Shown here piece by piece: positions 27,775 through 40,849 of a stretch of DNA of 64,000 nt (the first letter of the stretch is position 1; each line of letters starts with the position of its first letter). The notes beneath the pieces are model-generated. The model saw only the letters and a list, made by a program, of their open reading frames with translations, was not told the DNA's origin and ran no database searches. Both the position numbers and the translations under genes were made by a program. Source of the DNA: the human T2T-CHM13v2.0 reference genome, Homo sapiens; the NCBI RefSeq assembly GCF_009914755.1, contig NC_060932.1; one strand, given 5' to 3'.

Positions 27775-29480
27775 TATGGTATATTAGTACTTTTTGAGCA
27801 CCTACTGTATGCAAAGTTTATTGTAGCAAACAAGTGAAATTGAATTTGATGTTATATCAAGGGAGATAAATATTTCACAATTGATTATGCAATATTTGAT
27901 TATGGTTCCTTTAAAGTACCTTGAAAGAGAGGTATAATAGGCAGTGAGAGCTGATAAAAGGAAAGCTAGCTGTCCTTGAAGGCCAGGGAAGACTTCCTTG
28001 AGCTAGAGTTGAGATTTGAATATAGAATAAGAATTATTCAAAAAGGTGAAGTAATGATAATGAAGGAATTGGGGAGTGGAAGTCATCTGGCAGTAAGTGT
28101 CCCAGGTAGAGCCTAAGGCATGTGAAGATTCTGAAGCAGGAAGAAAAAGGGCATATTTAAAGAGCTAAAAGATGGCCGAAATGACAGGAACAGAGAGAGC
28201 TTGGGGAAGTGTAATATAGATGTTGGCAGAGGTCGGATCACACGTGGCTGTCTGGATCATGTAAAGGATATTGTCACAAGCCAGGTTTCCCAAGAAGCAG
28301 ACTCAAGATGTACATAAGCAGCATGCAGGGAGTTTATTGATGAGTACTTTAGGGATCAATACCTGTAAAAGAGTGAAGCAAGTGGGACTAGAAAGAGGAT
28401 AAGTTGAATTAGGGTATAGTCTCAAGAAATATGTCAGTTCATTCTATAGAGAGCTAGGAGGGCTTCTCAGAATTACCAAAGCTTAGGTGAGGGGGCTGGG
28501 TCTTTATGCTTTCTCAATGACAAGTTGACCAGTAGCCAATTGAGAAGTGCAGTGGGGAAGGGTGTGCTTTCTTAATTGAGTGGCTCTCTTCATCTGAGGA
28601 CAAGTCCAGGAGAGGGATTCAGCTGACAATTGTCAGCTTTTATACTCTCAGCAGCTGGGGGAATGCATGTCCTGGTCTGAAGGGAAGGATCTTGATGTAT
28701 ACCATGGTATCCATTATTGATATTATTCTAAGTCTGATGAGAAACTAGTGGAAGGTTTTCAGCTTGGGAGTAATATAATATTTGTGTTTGAAAAGATGAT
28801 ATTGACTTTTGCATGGAGAATGGATTGGAAGGCTGATCAGATTGGCTCTGGAGAGACCAGTTAGGAGAGTATGGGAGTAACTCAAGCATCAGATAACAAT
28901 AGGTTGCACTGGATGGTGGCAGAAGAGATGGTTTGTTATTTGAGTAACAACAGACCAGGTATGAAAAAGAGAGCCTGACAATAGACTGGCTGGAGAGATT
29001 GAACGATAAAGAAAGTCAGGTATAACCATAGAGTTACTGGCTTTCAGCACGGAGTGGATGGTGAGACCATTTGCAGAGCTACACAGCTGAGAAAGAGAGT
29101 AGATCTTGAGTTCAATTTAGGCAAGTTGAATTTGAGTTGCTTGTGAGACATTAAAACAGGGAAGGCAGCTGGATGTATAATTATAGAGCTTAGGAAGATG
29201 TCTGGACTGTAGATGTAAATTTTAGAGCTGTCATGGTATTTGAGGCCATGGGCATAGATAATAAGATGGCTTAGAAGAGAGCATGGAATAAGATGAGAAC
29301 CCCAGAATGAGCTTACAGGAGCTCCTGCATTTCAAATGGAAGATAAGCCCCTAACTAAAATAGACAAGGCATAACCAGAGGGGAAGGAAGAATGCCAGGA
29401 GAGTGTAACATCAGGAAAAATAAGAAAGGTGTAATGAGGAAGAGTTTCCAATGCTGCTCCTGTAGCAGGTAGGACTATAG
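27775..29480 (-). mobile_element. Long L2 relic split by an LTR16C-like LTR
   Basis: TTGAGCACCTACTGTATGC 3' end, then continuous antisense L2 (GGAGAATGGATTGGA, GGAGACCAGTTAGGAG, GAGTTCAATTTAGG, GTATTTGAGGCCATGG). Confidence 0.8.
28272..28718 (-). mobile_element. LTR16C-like ERVL solo LTR
   Basis: GAAGCAGACTC.AGATG...GCATGCAGGGAGTTTATT...GGGATCAATACCTGT; TSD GATAT at 28267-28271 and 28719-28723. Confidence 0.78.
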
Positions 29481-29699
29481 CCATGTTTTAGGCACTTTTT
29501 ACGTTCTAATAAAATGCTATAGTTTAAATATAATGAAAATGTGTATTAAAAATGTGGTTACAGTGTTTTTTACATTCCTTTTGAGGCAAAAACTACTTTA
29601 TCCAAGTTTCTGAATCTGTGGTCATGCGGCAGGATCCTAATTAAAGAAGCATTTTGCCTTGGTGTGAGGGAAGAATTTTTTTTTTTCTGTCATATTGCA

Positions 29700-30110
29700 C
29701 AGAAAAATAATTGTTGAGTGCCTACTGAGTGCCTACTGTGTCCTAACATGCTGCTAAATGCTGCTGAATGCATGGATTCCAAGACAACATCTTTGCTCTC
29801 AAAAGGCTCAAAACCTAATTGATGAAACAAGACCTGCTACTTCATTAGATCTCTCTTAGTACCTAGAGAAAAGGTGCTACTGGCCAGCAAATGACAGCAA
29901 AAACTATGGGTTGGGGAGATCAGACAAGGCTTAGGTGAAGACACTGAAGTCTGAGCTTCACTCTAAATGTTAGGTAGGATCTGGATGGTAGGGAAGATAC
30001 TTTAGGTGAAGGTCAGGGCTCAAGGATAGGTGGAGATGGTGGAATATATAGGATACATTTAAGGGATGTTAGTAAGTGAGCAATATACAAATTGAGTGGC
30101 ACTTGGATGC
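29700..30110 (-). mobile_element. L2 3' fragment
   Basis: TTGTTGAGTGCCTACTG...TGCTAAATGCTG...CTTTGCTCTCAAAAGGCTCA. Confidence 0.65.
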
Positions 30111-30977
30111 CACTTGAACTAACTGTCATATTCTAAATTCTCACCTACTTTTGAGGCCTTCAAATATCCTATGTGGTTTGTAATATCTCTTGTGATTCTG
30201 AAGTTTTCTGATGAAATATTTTTTTATTTGCTTTTCTTTTGAATTTTAATTGGTGTGTGCTTTGCTATGTGTTATTAAATCTCAGACTGGTTAACTTTGA
30301 TAATCAAGCCCGGAGGAGGTTTCCTCTGAAATGCAATCCAGTTCACTCCTACATTGTCCTTCATTCTTTCCTCCTTACCCCACCCAGATAGGTCATAGCA
30401 TGTGCTTTTACTAATGGATTACAGATAACACGTTTGATTGGTTTAGAATCTGCAAAGAGTGGTTTTTTGAAGCATCTAAAGCTTTCACTTATACTCTATT
30501 CATATTCATTTAGAATCGATAGACTAAAAAAGGAAAAATATAATCAGCCTATATATGTTGAAATAGTTAGCAGACACAGCACCACAGCATTTTTGTATGA
30601 TAATTGAACATATTTAGTAAGTGTCAGATTGCTATCTGGCTTTTTTCCAAACATAAGATACTGAATATCATTTTACCTAAACTGCTAGAAGCTTATTTTT
30701 TTTTTTTAATGGCGACTACAGTTGTAACCCTTTCAAAACCGAACGACTCCAGAGAGCACCACTGATACTACGCTCGATGTAAATGCCCTTTTATTCCTCT
30801 CCTATTGCACCGCACCCAGCCTGTACCACATATCCTAACTCTGCTTGCACACAATGTAGCAGGGAGAGGTACCACCTGGGCCATGGCCTTCTGGTAGAAC
30901 AGCTAGTTTCTCCATAGCCACAGGATGAGGTGATAGTCCTAATAGTTAACCCTATATAGCATGGACACAAACCCATC

Positions 30978-32470
30978 TTTACCTACTCCAGCACTTGCTT
31001 GATAGTTTGATTGAATAAAGAATTCTAGGTTGAAACTGATTTTCCCTAAAAATTTTGAAGGCTGTGTTCCATTTTATTCTAGTATGCAGTATTGCTATTT
31101 AAAAGGCTGATATATTTTAACTATTGATTTTTTTGGTATATAATCAATTTTAATCCGTTGAATAGTTTTGGCATCTTCTCTTTGTCCCTGATGCTATCAA
31201 ACTTTCTGCATCTAACTTGAATATCTTGGGAGGAAAATTTTCTGACACATTAGGTGTCTGCAAATGTCTTTATTTTAGTTTCTTATTTCATATTTTGTCT
31301 GGATATATAATTCTAGTTAAAAAGTAATTTTCTATTAGATTTTTGAAGGAATTGGTTTATTGACTCAGAACTTCCAGAGTTGCCATTAAAAAGATCATTG
31401 CCGTTCTGATTTCTATCTCTTGATGTGAATTGTATTTTCTTTTGGAAAGCGTTTTTGTTCTTTTTATCCTGGGAGTTCTGAAATTTCATAATAGTATGCC
31501 AAGGTGTGAATTAAAAAATATTTATTATGTTGAACCCACGGTTAGACCATTTCAATCTGCAAACTCCTAATCTGTAGTTTTGGGAAATCTTTTGTATTAC
31601 TAATACATTAATTCTTCTTTCTGGGTATCAAATTCTTTGGATATTGAATATACTAGTTTGATTCTCCAAATTTTACAGTATTTTAATTTCTGCTTTTTTT
31701 TTTTTCCATCTCTGGCTTTTGTTTTACTCTTTAGAATATTTTATCATCTCTTCCAACTTCCTTACATTGAATGTTTTATTTGTGTTATGTTTTTAATTCC
31801 CAAGATTTTTTTTTTTGTTCTTAGAATGTTCTTTTTAAAAATAGCATCATGTTCTGTTTTCTTATCTCCATAAGCACATCAATGATAACTGGTTTTTTTT
31901 TTTTTTCTGCTTCTTCTCGAATGGTCTGTTTGCTTCAGGACCTTTTATTCTGTTTGTTTTCGTTTCTGTTTTTCATTTTTCAGGCTTTCCTCAAATATCT
32001 GATGATCTATGGCAGTATTTAATATTTGAGAGTGAAATTCCGAAATGTCCTTTTGCATAGGGACTGTTGACTGGCGGGTTCACTGCGGATGGCAGGTGAG
32101 GCTGTTTCACTGGGCTGGTTGGTTTATCCAGAAAGGAGTCTTGCAATCTTCTTCTGAGGACTTATAGGCCTGGCTGTTTTTATTTCAGGAGTTAGACAGA
32201 GGACGGGTCTGTGAGGTGCCCTGCTCAGTATGTATAAACTTTCCCATACCCCCTGTGCAGAACTCCGATCCTCATGGTGCCCGGCATTCCCGTAAGCCAT
32301 GCCAGCTGGACTCCTTAGGAAACGCCCAGTCTTCTCTTTGGTGGCAGGGAAGGAGAAGTATATTTTCCTATTTTCTTTGTCTTTGTCTATGTAGACCTTT
32401 AAAAGAAATCTCTTTATCTTGTTTTTAATAGTGGTTTGAGACACATGGAAAGTTGACTTTTGTTTTTAAT
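30978..32470 (-). mobile_element. HAL1/old L1M relic(s)
   Basis: TGATAGTTTG...AGAATTCTAGGTTG...TTTTCCCT..AA.TTTTGAAGG motif (twice) and GGCTTTCCTCAAAT.TCTG.TGATC. Confidence 0.7.
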
Positions 32471-34144
32471 CTCCCCTATTTACCCTATGGTCAGTGGCGT
32501 TCTCTTCAGAGGCAGTGACCTTGGCCTCATCATGCACTCATGAGGCCATGGTGCGAAGTCTCAGACCTTCCTATGACTGTGGCCACAGTGAATGCGACTG
32601 GAAGATGAGGGTCCCTGACACTATCTCTACTATCTGTGCATAGTCTGCCTTCAGGTGTGGTCATTTCTTACCCTTTAATCATTCTCAAGGGCCCTTCTCA
32701 TGGCCACCAAAGTGGCACCTCACTAGGATTCTGTTTGGATCGCAGAGCAAACAAAACCTACAGTCTACTGGGCAGGTCACAGTGTGTGAGTTAACCATGT
32801 CGGTGGTCTCCTGTATGACTCTGCCCACCACCAACGAAACCTTGAGTCCAGCCAGCCCCGATCTTGTGCCCTACCCCTGTTATCCATATCACCTGCAAGG
32901 CAGCCCCTCCAGTTTCCTATCTCCCCATCTCCTACTCTTCTTTTCCCCAGGCTTTCTTCTATATAACTCTTCCTACTGCTGCTTCTTACCAGCATCCTTC
33001 ATATAAATACATTTTTCTATTTTTCTTTATCTTTAGTCTCTTTACAGAATTCTTTCTAATACTTTTCTTTAACTTTACTTAACTTAGACTACATTTTTTA
33101 AACTCATGAGCTCCCTTTGCAATATTACATAATTCTTTGGACTCTTTTTTGAATTTGAAATTCATTTAATTATTTTTGTATGGTATGTGATGAAGAAGTG
33201 CTTTGAAGTAAAATGCTTTGCTCATGTCAGCATACTATTAAAGTTCATATTATAAATGTCATTATGAAACAAGCTTTACATTTGATTCTCAAACCCAGAA
33301 AGGGAAAAGTTGACATTTGTATATAAAATATTACTCATTAATATACATACATATTTTAATATTTATCATATGTGTATTTTTATTTTTCCCATTCACAAAA
33401 TGAGACATACTCTTTAATTTATAGTAAATTAATCCATAATGATAAGCCAAATTTTTTAACAAACTGCTACAGAAATGGCAAATTTTAAGACGCATATTTT
33501 TGAGAACATATTGAAATGTAATTCAACATTACCCCATCAAGGAAGCACTTGTGGCTTGATGATTGGGATTACTTCACTTTTCACTTAAATTGAAACCTAG
33601 CTCTCCTCCTAAGGATGCTATCTCCTTATAGCTCTCTTGAGTAGAGACAGTTGTTCCCTTATCTCACAGGGCATGAATATGCCATCAACAATCTCTCCTT
33701 TGCCTTTCCTGACCTAACCATAGTAATTGACCAGGCCATTGTTATATCAGGCATTCTTCTTCATTAGTTGAGGGCATGGCCACTTGGATCATGGATTATT
33801 TCCATATTCAACAGAGTCTGGCCATGATGGATAAGTTGTCTTCCTGGCTGTGGAAGGGATTGTGGTATCCTGTATGTTGGACAATACTAACGTGAGCCAG
33901 CTCTGCATCCCCTCTGAAATAATAAACTCCAAGAATCATTTTCGACCTACGACAACTTTCCATGTCTGTAGGCCTTCCTCTTGTCCCAAATACCCTGGGC
34001 TTAGATCTCACTCTGATTTCTCATTTCCTTTCTTTCTCCAGTCCACAAGTCTCCTCTACAGCTTGACTTCTTCTCCATCTAGTCGAGAACTCCATTGCAT
34101 TATTTAGCTATCATTTTTCCCCACCACTGTCAACATTTTATTAG

Positions 34145-34390
34145 TAATAACAAAAATCACATTTAGTAAGTGTGTTCTAGATATTAGGTATGCTACTAAC
34201 CACTTTATGTGAATAATCATATTTGATTCTAAAAACTCTATGGTTAGATGCTATTATTATCTCCAGTTGACAAATGAAGAAACTATAACTGAGGATGATT
34301 AGATACTTTCCCTCAAGTGATGTAGTTGGAAAGAGGTACACTGAGGTTCTGTGTAGCTCTAGAACACATAATCCTTTAAATCATTCTGTT
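34145..34390 (-). mobile_element. MIR
   Basis: CTATTATTATCTCCAGTTGACAAATGAAGAAACT. Confidence 0.75.
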
Positions 34391-34467
34391 AGCACTTCAA
34401 TAGCCTCATCTTACCTGCCCTGCAATTGCTGCTTTGAAAGACTTTTGTCATCCACTTTCCTACTCTT

Positions 34468-34778
34468 TTTATTTTATTTATTTCTTCATTTTTCTGAGGC
34501 GGAGTTTCGCTCTTGTTATCCAGGCTGGAGTGCAATGGCGCGATCTTGGCTCACTGCAACCTTCACCTCCAGGTTCAAGCGTTTCTCCTGCCTCAGCCTC
34601 CGGAGTAGCTTGGATTATAGGCATGTGCTACCACGCCTGGCTAATTTTGTATTTTTTTAGTAGAGACGGGGTTTCTCCATGTTGGTCAGGCTGGTCTTGA
34701 ACTCCTGACCTCAGGTGATCTGCCCACCTTGGCCTCTCAAAGTGTTGGGATTACAGGCATGAGACACCGTTCCTGGCC
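34468..34778 (-). mobile_element. AluSp
   Basis: Sp diagnostics; perfect 15-bp TSD CACTTTCCTACTCTT at 34453-34467 and 34780-34794. Confidence 0.95.
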
Positions 34779-34806
34779 TCACTTTCCTACTCTTACATCA
34801 ATGATT

Positions 34807-35140
<334 letters not shown>

Positions 35141-35641
35141 TAAAGGGAAATTGTCAGTGCCAGGTGGATTGGTGCCATTACAGAATCATCATCTCCAGAA
35201 TCACCTGAGCTTTTCCCTGAATCCAGTTTATGTAATTCTTTCCCTTTCTTCAGTGGCTATTCAAAACTTTCAACACAACAATCCTTGGGTCCTCTACCTC
35301 ACTCCTGTCTCATTCAGTCTTAGCAAATGACTTTGACTCCTACCTCACTGGGAAAATTATGATAATCAGGTATAAATTGCTCTACGTTTTTGCCTGCACA
35401 CTGACAAATGGACTTATCTGTAAAAATCACATTAGTCTTTTTCCCTGCAGTCCAAGAAGATGACTTCTCTGTTCAAGACTAATTCTTATGTCTGGACTCT
35501 GTACATCCCTCTCTCTCATCTAGCCAAATACAAGGATTGCATTACATATTTCTTTCTCTTTCTTCTGTACTTTCTGTCTCTTCCTCTCCACTGGCTCCTT
35601 CCCCTCACTCTGGTCCATATTCTCCTTTAGCAGACTTGAGA

Positions 35642-36095
35642 TATGCATTAGCTGGAGTCCTACCAGGAATCAGGTGGTACTATCACAATATTTTGAGGAA
35701 ATTTTAATAAAGAGAGTATTTGCAATGTTATAAATAGGCTGTAGGTAAACTACAAGCACAGTAGACATGCAGGGCTGAGGGGTAGGTCAAGGAAGTGGTT
35801 ACTGGAAGCAAGGAAAGAGTTATATGTGTGGGATCAACTTAAGAGGAGTTGGCCAAGGCACAGAGCTAGCCTGAGCTGACTCTGCAAGAAGGTTGCTGAG
35901 AAATAAATACCTGAACCTCATTCCTCTCCTTCCAGTTTCCTGCCAGAGCTCTCCCATTGGCTTGAAGAAGTTAAGCCAAACATAACCAGAAGCCAGAGGA
36001 CAAAATATTTTTTGATATGATTATAGCCCGTAAATATCAGCCTCTTAGGGCACAAAGCAGGTTGAAGGATAGATAGGAGATCTAGAGGGACAAAT
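35642..36095 (-). mobile_element. ERVL solo LTR (LTR41/LTR40-like)
   Basis: TTTAATAAAG.GA.TATTT.CAA...AATAAATACC..AACCTCA.TC...CTCCCATTGGC...AACCAGAAGCCAGAGG. Confidence 0.6.
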
Positions 36096-37644
36096 TATTG
36101 TACAGAATCACTTTATTTTTTCTGGAAAATCTTCACTTGAATTTTCACTGGAATGCTAATTTTAAAGACAAATGTCATTTTTAAATTCTCAATTGTCACC
36201 ATTTTGCTTCTAGATGGTGGAATAAATTTCAAACAAAATACATCACTGAGAATAGGTCCTGCCTTCTATGATTCTTTGTTCCATCATTGTAAGTGGCCAC
36301 TTACTATGTCTTGAATATAGTTGGTGCCAAACAAGTGATTGATTGAATTTGCTTTAGCTTCACTACATACCATTCTCTAATTGCTCGTATTTCTGTTGCC
36401 TGGTAACCTTCAAAGGCTTCATTCTATAAAAAACAAAGGTGAGAGAAAAAGCAAAACCAAAAATACTCAGGATTTTTTTCTCTCTAGTATCACAAAGTAA
36501 AATACACAACAAAACATTGAGTGCTGTTACACATTGGGGAGAAAGATTAATTTGAAAAGTAAGGAAGCAGATTTCCCCACCACGCCTGGCTTTGGCTATG
36601 CCATCGTCCATTATGGCCAAAGGGAAGCTACAGGGCCAGGACAGGCCTAAGGGAAACTCTCCGTTCAGACCTGGCAGGCCCCAGACCTGTACACACACAC
36701 TGCAAGGAAGAGCAGTGGGTTCTGTTATTGGTGGCCAGCAGCAATTGCTCTTTCATCAGAGCTTTTTCTAGGTGTTTTTCATTTATCTAGCATGTATCTT
36801 GGCTAGGATATTCCAGAAATGGATATACCTTTGGCTTTCCTAGGAGAGTGATGTGGAAGAGGGTGGGTGTTGGCTACCTAGATTTGGTCAAAGACTGCCC
36901 TGGCTTTCTTGGAAGCCTTGAAACCTGGTGTCTCCCTTGGATCTGTCTGAAAGTTTGCATAAGCTGTCTTATATTCAGGGTAGGGTACATCACCATCAAT
37001 TATTTTATCATCATTATGTCCTGAAATGGTGAAATGTTGCCTCATGGGCATAAAAATCATGTATGGGGTTAAACTGATGGTTATGGCCTGGGGAGAGGAT
37101 GACATGCATATCTGTTTTATCTTGGAGTCAGACAGAATCTTAAGAAAACTTCTTTGTCTCCTAAGAAAAATTTAAATCATTGTGTTTGCTTCTCAACCTC
37201 CATTTTTTCTTTCCAATTTTCTCTTTCCCTTTATAACTGCACTTGAAAATGTCTCTTAACATCAAGCAGAAAATAGGACAGGTACATATCTGATCACCAT
37301 TCTTTGATACCTAGACATCTATCCCGATCTATAGGCCAGGCAACTGGGCAATGATTCCATAGCTAAGTGGGTTGCAAATGCAAGGGAATTCCTACAGAAG
37401 TTTTTCACTGCTATAAGAAATTATTCCTACCCTTTGGTTATATGCTGCCAAATGAAGAGTGGAGCTGGAGCCAGATTAAATATACACTGATTGGAAACTG
37501 GGAAAAGGCTAGTGTACTTCTCAATAGGCCCGCTCATTTCCATTTAACTAAAAACTTGCTATTACATATGCATTTGAATTAAAATAAGATCATTTCAAAT
37601 GAGGCTTTTATTCCCTCTCATTACTTTATAGTCATCTTCTCTAC

Positions 37645-37925
37645 ATTCATTCTCTCCACAAATATTTACTGAAAGCCTTGTAAGTGCCAGGTATTGTTTT
37701 AGATTCTGAGATTACAACAAGAAGCAACAGGCAAAGCACCTGACTCACCAAGCTTACATGTGAGTGGGGCAGACATGCATGCAAGGGAGTACATGGGCAA
37801 CAGCAGTTCTGTGAAGAAAGCTGAAGTGGTGTGAGGGGAAGCAGGTTGCATTTTAGCCAGGGTAGTCAGGGAAGGACTCTCCGATGAGAATCCTTTTAGT
37901 GGAGATCTGAAAGCTGTGAGGAAGT
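37645..37925 (-). mobile_element. L2 3' fragment
   Basis: CAAATATTTACTGA...GTGCCAGGTATTGT...GGTAGTCAGGGAAGG.CTCTC.GA. Confidence 0.8.
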
Positions 37926-38589
37926 GTACCAAGAGACTGCATGACAATCTATGCATGCAGCGTGTATCTGGCTACCCAGTTACAGTAAGTGATAGACAGA
38001 TGCATGTCCAGGTGACACACTTTCTCTCTCTTTCTCTCTCAAGCACATTGCTATATTTTGCTGAGTTTGTGCTTTTCTGTATGTCTGATTACCCGGATGG
38101 CCATTCAGATGGCCAGATGATGGTGCAAATATATTTATAGGATTTATTGGATCATACTCCAGAGGGTCAGGAATGATCTGAAGCAGGGACCAGGGACTGA
38201 GAAACTTCTGCCACCAAGGAATAGGAGAACATCCCTTCCTGGGCCTGAGCAGGAGTGGCCTGAAGGGCTGCAGAGGTCAAGTTTCATGGGTCGGCTGTGC
38301 TTATGGTTTTCTTGGAAGCAGGAAGTGCTTTACACAGGAGTGTTGGAATTGCTACCCAGACCTGTGAGCTCTTCAATGAGTCCTATACATGCCTGGTTGG
38401 TAATCTACGTTGGCTCTGAGAGACACACTCAACAATAGAGGTGGGGAGGTACAACCTGATCTGGAGGCATCAGTAGACAATGTTGACTAGCACAGAGGTT
38501 TTTGAAGAGGAGAGTGAGAAGAAGTATTAGGAATGCAGGTTGACTTGCGAAGGCCCTTTAAAAAAGTCCTGTAAGCAAGTCTTTGTAGA

Positions 38590-38735
38590 TGCATAGGCTT
38601 TAGTTACCTCATCTCTAAAATGTGGATAATAAAGCATCTCATGGGGTGAGAATTAGATGACATAATGCATATAAAATGTTTACAGTTACGTTGGACACAT
38701 ATTAAGTGCTTAATAAAGAATAACGGCTGCTTTGA
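38590..38735 (+). mobile_element. MIR
   Basis: AGTTACCTCATCTCTAAAATG.GGATAATA...TAAGTGCTTAATAAA. Confidence 0.8.
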
Positions 38736-39271
38736 TAATGAACATGGTGTTTAAGGATAACTGATGTGGTGATAGTGTGTAGGATTAGTTGGAGGAGGGA
38801 TGTAGTGGAACAGGGAGCCCAGTTACACGATGGCTTTAACAATTAAGGCACAAGAGTAGTGGTAATGAGGCTGGGAGAGAAGGGACCCATGAGGAATTGC
38901 AGGAAGGAAGAGTTAGGAGGATGTGGAGACTGCCTGGGAATCTACCATAAAGGAGATGGAGAGCCAAAGATAACTGGGATTTGGGCTGGGCAGTGGAGAG
39001 AGTGATGGGCTATTTAAAGTGTGAAAGTGGCATTGGCTAGGATTGTTAAATAACAATACACAGAGGAGGGTGGGCTGGGAGACAGCCCCTGGCTGGAACA
39101 GGAGTCACACTGGAGGAAGGAATGAGGAGAATGAAGTAAAAGTTGCAGGATGGAAACAGACCAGAACAGAGGAGAATTGCACAGTGGCAAGACCTGTTGA
39201 TCAGAAAGGGAACAGTACCAAAAATGAGCTGCCTGGTCAGCTCTGTAGAGTCCAAGAATTAAACTAGGCTG

Positions 39272-39424
39272 GTTTCTCCTTCCCTCCCTCCCTCCTTTCC
39301 TTCCCTTACTTTCCTCCCTTTCTTCTTTCCATTGTTTCTTCCTTCCCTTTTATCCCTCCTTCCCCTTTCTCCCTTCCTTCCTGCCCTCCCTCCCTTCCTG
39401 TTTCCCACTCTCCCTTTCTTCTTT
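39272..39424. repeat. CT-rich polypyrimidine tract
   Basis: Read directly; lies at the tail of a degraded antisense L2 end. Confidence 0.9.
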
Positions 39425-39637
39425 AAAGAGTGGGCTAGATCCTATGCCCAATACTAGATGTATAAGGAAAGTAAATGACACCTTTGCTCTGAAGAAGTTC
39501 ACTATTGAACGTGAGTTACAGAAAAGGCTGGGTACAAATGTGAGGGGTAGGTTCAGTGAATGAGGCCCAGTTATTTTTGGATTAAGAGAAATAATTAGAG
39601 ATTTTTTTTTTTTTCTTCTTGAAGATCTTTACACAGG

Positions 39638-39994
39638 TGTTATGGTTTGGCTGTATCCCCACCCAAATCTCACCTTGAATTGTAATAATCCCCACCTGTC
39701 AAGGGCAGGACCAGGTGGAGACAATTGAATCATGGGCGTGATTTTCCTCATACTGTTCTCATGGTAGTGAATAACTCTCACGAGATCTGATGGTTTTATA
39801 AATGGGAGTTCCCGTGCACAAACTCTCTTGCCTGCTGCCACGTAAGGGGTGTCTTTGCTTCTCCTCTTCCTTTGTCTTCTGCCATGATTGTGAGGCCTCC
39901 CCAACCATGTGAAATTGTGAGTCAATTAAATCTCTTTATAAATTACTCAGTCTTTGGTATGTCTGTATTAGCAACGTGAGAACAGACTAATACA
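39638..39994 (+). mobile_element. THE1 (THE1B/C) solo LTR
   Basis: TG.TATGGTTTGGCTGT.TCCCCACCCAAATCTCA...GAACAGACTAATACA; TSD ACAGG/ACAGA. Confidence 0.95.
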
Positions 39995-40206
39995 ACAGAT
40001 AAGGAGATGTAGGTGCACTGATTTATTTTTTATTCTACAGATGATATGAGTATATTTTGCTCCAGGCCTGCTTGTTAAGGTAAGAAGTATGTAGCCTCTG
40101 ATTGATTTTGATTTTCATTTCAGGAATGCTGAGTTAACTATGTCTGAAATGATCGTGATACAGTATAGAATTAGGTACACTTCTTGCTTGTTGAATTAAG
40201 TCACCC

Positions 40207-40392
40207 CAGCTTACTTAGTGTGGTTGCTAGGCCTGCAGAAGCAGGACCACCTGGGAATTGGTGAGGAATGCTAATTCTCAGCCCCCCTCCCCAGACCTGA
40301 TAAGTCAGAAGTTCTGGGCTGGAGCCCAGGGGTATTTATTTTTACACATAGTCCTCGTGATTGTGAGGCAGGCTAAAGCTTACAAATTACTG
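40207..40392. mobile_element. MER5A hAT-Charlie MITE
   Basis: CACCTGGGAA.TTG.T.AG.AATGC.AATTCTCAG.CCCC..CCCCAGACCT..T.A.TCAGAA. Confidence 0.8.
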
Positions 40393-40849
40393 CTTTATGT
40401 TCCTAGCATGGAGTCTTGCATTTAGTGGATAACCAATATACATCTGTTGAATCCAATTAGTAATACTGAAGGCTCTTTCCCGTCTACCCGAGAGATGGTA
40501 ATAGACTCCCAAGGTGAAATACGCTGTAAAGTTCTCTTCGAAAGCTGGAGAAGCACTGACTTCTTGTCCTTTTTTTTACCTGGCCTGATTTTCATCTTTT
40601 TCTTCATCTCAACAGTTGTCATATGGAACTTGCCATTTTGTGTGAGGCTCAGGTTAGAGTCTGGGATGACAGCGTCCTGTGCTTATGATGCGATAGTGAA
40701 TGGCCATGATGAAAGGGAGTCATGAAGAGCAATCTTTTAGTGACTGCTTCAGTTTCTAGGTTTTATATAGAGTCAGAGAAAGAGCAGCCTTTCTTAGTTT
40801 ATCCTCACTTCTCGGGCACATAACAGCCTTCAATCGTGTTGATTAATGC

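Noticed and set aside
29715-29736. 11-bp tandem duplication TGAGTGCCTAC x2
   Set aside because: Ordinary slippage indel in an L2 tail
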